Shown here piece after piece: positions 46,916 to 52,810 of a stretch of 52,810 nt of DNA (within the stretch, counting starts at the first letter, position 1; each line of letters starts with the position of its first letter). Position numbers and translations under genes: made by a program. Source of the DNA: Asterionella formosa (taxonomy: Eukaryota); NCBI GenBank assembly GCA_002256025.1, contig NKIB01013710.1, forward strand, positions 1 through 52,810. The letters run 5' to 3'. The notes beneath the pieces were generated by a model. That model did no database searches, was not told where the DNA came from, and saw only the letters and a program-made list of their open reading frames with translations.

Positions 46916-49089
46916 AATGCAGGATTTCTATTGTTTAGTTATGATAAGTAGGAGGTCTTTCTTTCGTGCGTAGTTCAAGGCAGAAGTCTTCGATGTAAGG
47001 AATGGACGGAGAACGGAGATTGTGAGCTTCGATTTAACTCTTAGTAACTGTTAAGTATGAACTCTGATCAGTTTTGACACGATACAATGAAATGCTAACC
47101 GGTATATCTGCCCTCTATTGTGAGGTAGCCTAACGGAGGGAGCATCAGATTTTCCACCTTTTCTTTCGGTTTACAAAGGTTGACAGAAGGTGCACCCATG
47201 AGGTGCACACAGTTCCATTTAGAGCGAATGTGGTATCAATATATATATATTCACACGATGTATCAAAAGAATATATGACTGCTCGTGAGAGTGTTGCACA
47301 TCAGATCGTGGTCCTCGGTTGGTGATTGGGTCGTGGATTTTCATATATTTACCGGTAGCTAAATTATGACATGGATTGTTGGACGAAGCATGAAAAAATT
47401 CCCCGGGTCGGTTTCGACTTAGGTGCCCTGGTACCACCAGGTACCGGATGGTACATGTATACAGTATGTACTGTAAAACCCGGCAGTAGAAATGTCAGGA
47501 CATACCACCGGCACCAGTTACCCTGGTGTACCAGGTTTCCAGTTACGCGATGGTGCCAGGTAGTAGCTAGTACAGAGACAGCCAGCAACGACGTGATGTT
47601 CTCCCATATCGTACATTCTGTTTGCTGTACATCATTATTTTGCACATTAGTATACCGGTAGTAAGATAGATACATGTGTAAAATACCGTTAAATAATACT
47701 CGGAGTACATGAGGTGGTAAAATATTTCGTGTATCCATACATACCGCCATACCGTATACACTGCCAGTTGATATTGTTAATAACTGAGTATGGCGCACCG
47801 CCCAAGCGCAGTACAGACCCGACCAGTGTAGCCACCAGATTTGGTAAAGATACCGGTATGTACACTGGCAATCATTCTGCAACAACAGCAAACGAAAAGT
47901 CATAATATTGCAGCTCAGCTTTGTCATTGACAAGGTTCCCCTCAACAAAAATTAGTTCATATGATAAGTAAAATGGAAGAACAATAAATTCAATAACATT
48001 TTATTAATAAAAATCAAATTGTGAAGCATAAATATTTGGAGTATAACCAGCTAGATAGCTAGCTGACTAGCTAATGAGCTGAACTTGTACTAGACTCCCT
48101 TCATATCCAATTATAACTGGCATATACCCTTTACCCTGATTTTTTTCAGAAACATATTCTTGTACCATGTCACTAACTTTACTTTGAGATGGGAGGGTGA
48201 AGGTCTATCAGTAGTCCTATTACCCTTATATTGCTATTAGCTACCCACATGCTTACTACTAGCTACTGGTAGTCTAGACTATTTCAACCCACATGCTTAC
48301 AAGTCTAGACTATTTCATTGTCACTGGTATACCATGTTGAAGTATTTACCTTTTTAGATAGAAGGCTATAGGTAGAGACATTTGTTTCCCTTTTGTTTCT
48401 GTATTCTTATTGTGAGTTACTAGCTAAACTAGTTTATGTTGTTCAGTTTGAATAAACAAAACAAACTATTCTCCAAATGCTCTTGGCATTTCTAGGAACA
48501 TGCATTCATAGATAGACCCATGTCTGTCTCACACTTACTGATCATAGATTTAAAGCCATTGATCATTGAAATTCAAACTATCGGTCTTCCAAATAGCTTA
48601 CCTACATTGTCTGGCTCATTCTTATTGTCGGAGCAATAACTTGTGGTTGATGAGAGCTCGGTACATAAAGAGTCGACTCATTCGACTGTGAGTCGTAACT
48701 GCCGGTATGTGGTTGATGAGCACACTTTGAAATACGGGTACCGGTATGTCATACCTAAATATGTATACCGACATTTGCATGTCATATCGGACGACTAAAG
48801 TATGTGTCTCATTGAAAAATGAAATGCCCGAATGTACTTGTTACTCTACGTAAATTTAATTAATTATCAACACCCACGACTGGTATATCAGCATATTGCT
48901 ATACCGGTACTGCAGGTGCTGCTATTCGCTTTGAAACTCTGCATGCAATATTTCAAATTTGTTTACTCAGCAGGTGCATGCAATATTTCTTTAAAGTTCA
49001 CAGACGAGGGACGACCGACAGCACGAGATATACATAGCGGTATTGGTAGACTACCGGATTTCAGGAACGAACGAGAACAACAGCCATTC

Positions 49090-50349
49090 CACATGAAATG
49101 GCATGGAAGTGTTGAAGAACTTATTGTGTAGAATTGTTTCTTTACTGGATCAAGGTCGATAGCGAATGCACATGTCCTCACAATCATGGTTATGGGACGA
49201 AGCAACTCACCCGCCCATAGATATTGTCTCAACATATTGTGCTCATTTACGAAGCCATCAACATCAAGACATTTCGACTTAGCATTCCGATATTGGGCTG
49301 TGATGCCTTTCGAACCGCACTATATTCGTTACAAGGAGAAAATAAACATTTGGAAGAATTGTGGATTGATGGAGACTCAATTGATATTGGCATTGCTGCT
49401 GCATTAGTCTCTGTTCTGCGGGTGAATACAAAACTCCGAGTTTTGCGATTGAGCAACACCTGCATTACGGGGAATGGGTCCATTGTCATATTTGACTCCC
49501 TGAAAGAGAATCATTCACGTAAAGAGCTTCACTTGGAAAACAAACGAGATTGGACCCTACGCAATCAATTCCCTTGCCTCCATGCTGAGATGCAATACGA
49601 AGCTTGGCGTCCTTCACATCAAAAACAACCCAATAGGATCAGAAGGCGCAATCATGATTGCGGAGGCTCTTCGGAGAAACACTCACCTTGAAGAGCTTTG
49701 CCTTCAACAAGGAAGTATCGGACCAACATGTTCAGATTCTATTGGACGAATGTTGCTTCGCAACCGCAGCCTGAAAAACTTGCTTCTTGTGCATACTGAA
49801 TTGGGTTCTGAGGAAATTGTGGGTATCTGCTCGTATGCAGAACACAACACTACCTTACAGAGGCTAGTTATTACGGGATCTCATGTTGCCAGCAATGCTG
49901 CTCATTCAATTTTCTCACTTTTAGCAAAAACAAAGTCTCTTCGCATGCTGTACTTGTGGGGAAACAACCTGATTGACAACGGAGCTGTCATTATCACGAA
50001 AGGATTCACGAGTAACATGTCCCTGAGGGATATTCGCCTCATGATGAACTGTATTAGTGACACTGGCGCTATTGCGTTAGTTGGTGCTTTCAAGCAAAAT
50101 TATTTGTTTAGAGATCTCCACTTGTCTGAAAACACAATCACAGATACAGGAGGTGAAGCAATTGTTGAAGCGCTGGAAGAAAATGTTCATGTTGACAACT
50201 TGGGACTATTCGGCAGCAATCTAGGAACTACCAAAAATAGTATCACACACTACTTGATGCTGAATAAGGCAAGTAGACGATTATGCCAGAATCCAAACAT
50301 TCATCTTAGAAACAACCATGATCTTTTGGTAAAGTTCAACACAACCTGA
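49090..50349 (+). pseudogene. RNI-like (NLRC3-type) leucine-rich-repeat gene, frameshifted
   Basis: 28-aa LRRs (NTKLRVLRLSNTCI, NTHLEELCL, NMSLRDIRL..NCISDTGA). An extra A near 49541-49544 shifts ELHLEN away from EIGPYAINSLASM. There is a further stop and frameshift at ~49130-49225. Confidence 0.7.
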
Positions 50350-50770
50350 TTTTGGGCCTAACACTTCTAAAATCGAAATTGATATGTATGCATATTGACT
50401 CACCATAGGCTACCAGTTAGTCAGAAGGTTGTTTGTTGCATTTAATCCCTTAGTTCGAAAAAGCGTTTACACAAAGATATTGATTCAGAGTAATCATTCA
50501 CTCATCACAGCCAATTGAAATCACATTAAAAAGAGACATTTAGGATTATGGTGGTGCCATTAATGAAGCTTGTGGTGAATTTATAGGCTTTTACCCAGGT
50601 GCAATAAGTGTGAAAGCAAGATTTGATTTAATGCCATTTGTAAGTATTAGACTATATGTCTGAAGAGTCTATTTGCAGAAACTGGTGCACTGTTATCCTC
50701 ATCAAAAAAATCCTTCTGTTCTTGCTGAGGAATCGAACTGTCATCTCTGTTTTTTTAACATTGACATTCA

Positions 50771-52610
50771 ATGTCGATCAGTTTAGATGCAATGAAAACG
50801 CTTATAACCACAAAGCTAAAGGAAGGAGAAAGTCTACAAGATTATACAAAGAGGTTTTGTATGGCACGAGATGCGCTCAAGTCACACATTGGAGGACCCA
50901 TAATCCTTACCAAGTTTGTCAAAGCCATGGATGGGTACAACGAGATGGATATCAAGCTTAGCTAGAGATAAAGTTCGAGAACAGGTTTTCAGTCAAGTCC
51001 TGGCCTACTTATATCTCGACAATGCGGATAAGGCCAAATTTGGATCAATTCTTACCGGGCTTAATACTCAACAGTCACTCGGCAATGATCAATACCCAAA
51101 GAGTATCACTGAGTCAAACAATATTCTCTGTAACTATAGTTTCGGTGTAACAACTAAACCCAACAGTTGTAAGAATCAAGGAGATCATAATAAAGACAGG
51201 GAACAAAAGGTTGCAGGGAAGGAAGAAGATGTGAAATTATTGCTTGCACAACTAGAAGGAAAATGATACTGCTAAGGAAGATCAGGACACAAATCACCAT
51301 GATCATGTCTTGAGAAGAATAAACCCAAAGAGGAATGGGCAATCAACAAAGCTCAACAAAGCCACGCACAGGCTACAACATCAGACGCAAGTATTACCTT
51401 TCAAGCATTTTTCTTGTCTAATGATTAAGATTTTAGTAATCTGCAAAGAAACTGAATTTCTTTCCGGCAAAGAACGGTATTTTCCCGTGTTACGGTCTGC
51501 GTATGATCCTACATCAACGAAACCTGGATTATGCTCAACATTGCCAATTTGCATTTGATGCTTATGTCTACTAAGCACATGAAGAACCTGTGTTTTCAAA
51601 CACCAATGCACCACGCAGCCTAGATTGCATTTATCTATGTATGCTACAATGACAATGTGCAAGGAGGTCATGAGCTACTACACCTCCCAACCAATTCACT
51701 GATCACTAGGCATACAGTTACTCCACTACCTGTTACCACTTACTCCGGCAATCATAAAGCAATTGCACACCCTTGTTGAGCAGAAAAAGATGCCAGATGG
51801 TCTCAAGATATCTAATCGAACGGGACAACTATTTATGATAGTGCTTGGATTGCAGGAGTGGACTACAACAACGAAGCATTTGAAGATTCACAAGATGAAG
51901 ATTACAACGATCAACAACAAGCTAGTGTTGACGATAGAAAAGACAAACTGCTCGAAGAAGACTATGATGAAATGGCCCCGGATGAAGTACATGAAGCAGA
52001 AGGGTTCGAGCAAATTACCCAAGAGGAAGACCCTGAACCTGAAGGTGACAACAATGATAATGTTGTCATAAATGCTGATGAAATACAAGATGAAGAGGAA
52101 GAATCTATAAATGAAACTGAAGACGAAGTAGCAATGATAGAAGAAGAAGTCAATCCAAGCAGTGAGGTCGACAGAGATCCAAAAGTTAAAACTACAAGGT
52201 CTGGAAGCATCTCAAGGCGGCCAACAAAACTGACTATGGCCCAACATCATTTACATACTCAAGCACACAGTCTAGAAGAATATACAACTGAAAATTCAAA
52301 AGTGATTGCAATGACAATGTGTTACATCAATGAGATGTCTTTAAACAAAAAAAATTTCCTTCGTTCAATCATACAGCTTAACAAAAGGTGTCAAGAAATT
52401 TGGCCAGAAAAGAAGGGAAGCCGCATATATTGAAATGAAACAACTACAAAATAGAGTTTTATTTGAAGCAATTAGGGTTGAAGACCTAACAGAGCTTGAA
52501 AAGCGACACGCAATGGAAAGCCTAATGTTCTTGGTTGAAAGAGGGCTTGTGCAAATGGAATTTCTCAATGAGAATTTATGGAAAGAGACAAGGCAGCTAC
52601 ATCTAAGACG
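50771..52610 (+). mobile_element. Degenerate, internally deleted Ty1/copia (CoDi-type) LTR retrotransposon
   Basis: gag fragments KEGESLQDYTKRF and QQSLGNDQYPKSI. Broken Zn knuckle *YC*GRSGHKSP. Integrase tail ..QGGHELLHL..YDSAWIAGVDY, acidic linker, and RT-proximal KGVKKFG..EMKQL..ESLMFLVE. No LTRs identified. Confidence 0.8.
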
Positions 52611-52810
52611 CGAAATATGCCACTTTTCGAAATTTCGTCTACGTATGAGTGTTAATTATGTGGTACTTCACATGCATTAATGCCACTCTTCACGTAAAAA
52701 AGATTACTTTTAACTGTTTCATGTGAAGTTTTAACTGTTTCATGTGAAGTTTTCACAATGAATTTTGAACGCGAGACTGAATTAGTTGATGTTTCAAATA
52801 ATTCATTTGA

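Noticed and set aside
47219..47948. Overlapping ORFs up to 194 aa
   Set aside because: GTAC-rich low-complexity intergenic DNA with no recognisable protein features.
51264..51302. In-frame TGA at a Cys position of the copia zinc knuckle as possible selenocysteine
   Set aside because: It sits beside a TAA, another TGA and many frameshifts in a dead retroelement, so this is ordinary decay.

Overview
Eukaryotic nuclear DNA, very probably a diatom. Evidence: short GT-AG introns, a bipartite plastid-targeting leader, a frustulin with RXL sites and a CoDi-type copia relic. About 14 intact genes: MsrB-like, plastid SecA, ankyrin protein, soluble adenylyl cyclase-like STAND protein, DsbA/FrnE-like oxidoreductase, TIM50, proteasome alpha-3, Zn-finger/pseudouridine-synthase-like/2OG-Fe(II) oxygenase fusion, FN3-FN3-nucleoredoxin, TLDc, bZIP, secreted heme peroxidase, multi-C2 membrane protein and frustulin. 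They are interleaved with transposon relics (PIF/Harbinger, a full-length Kolobok with TIRs, TTAA TSD and KolX, a MITE family, a tRNA-derived SINE-like piece, copia), an LRR pseudogene and a 566-N gap. The main hidden feature is that the ORF track truncates the DsbA-like gene. It reads through an in-frame TGA at the catalytic Cys position (SDTL-U-PNG-YIGK) and has a SECIS-like hairpin in its 3' UTR, so it is a likely selenoprotein with an unusual UxxG motif and a mitochondrial-type leader. All calls come from reading the sequence by eye; no searches were run.
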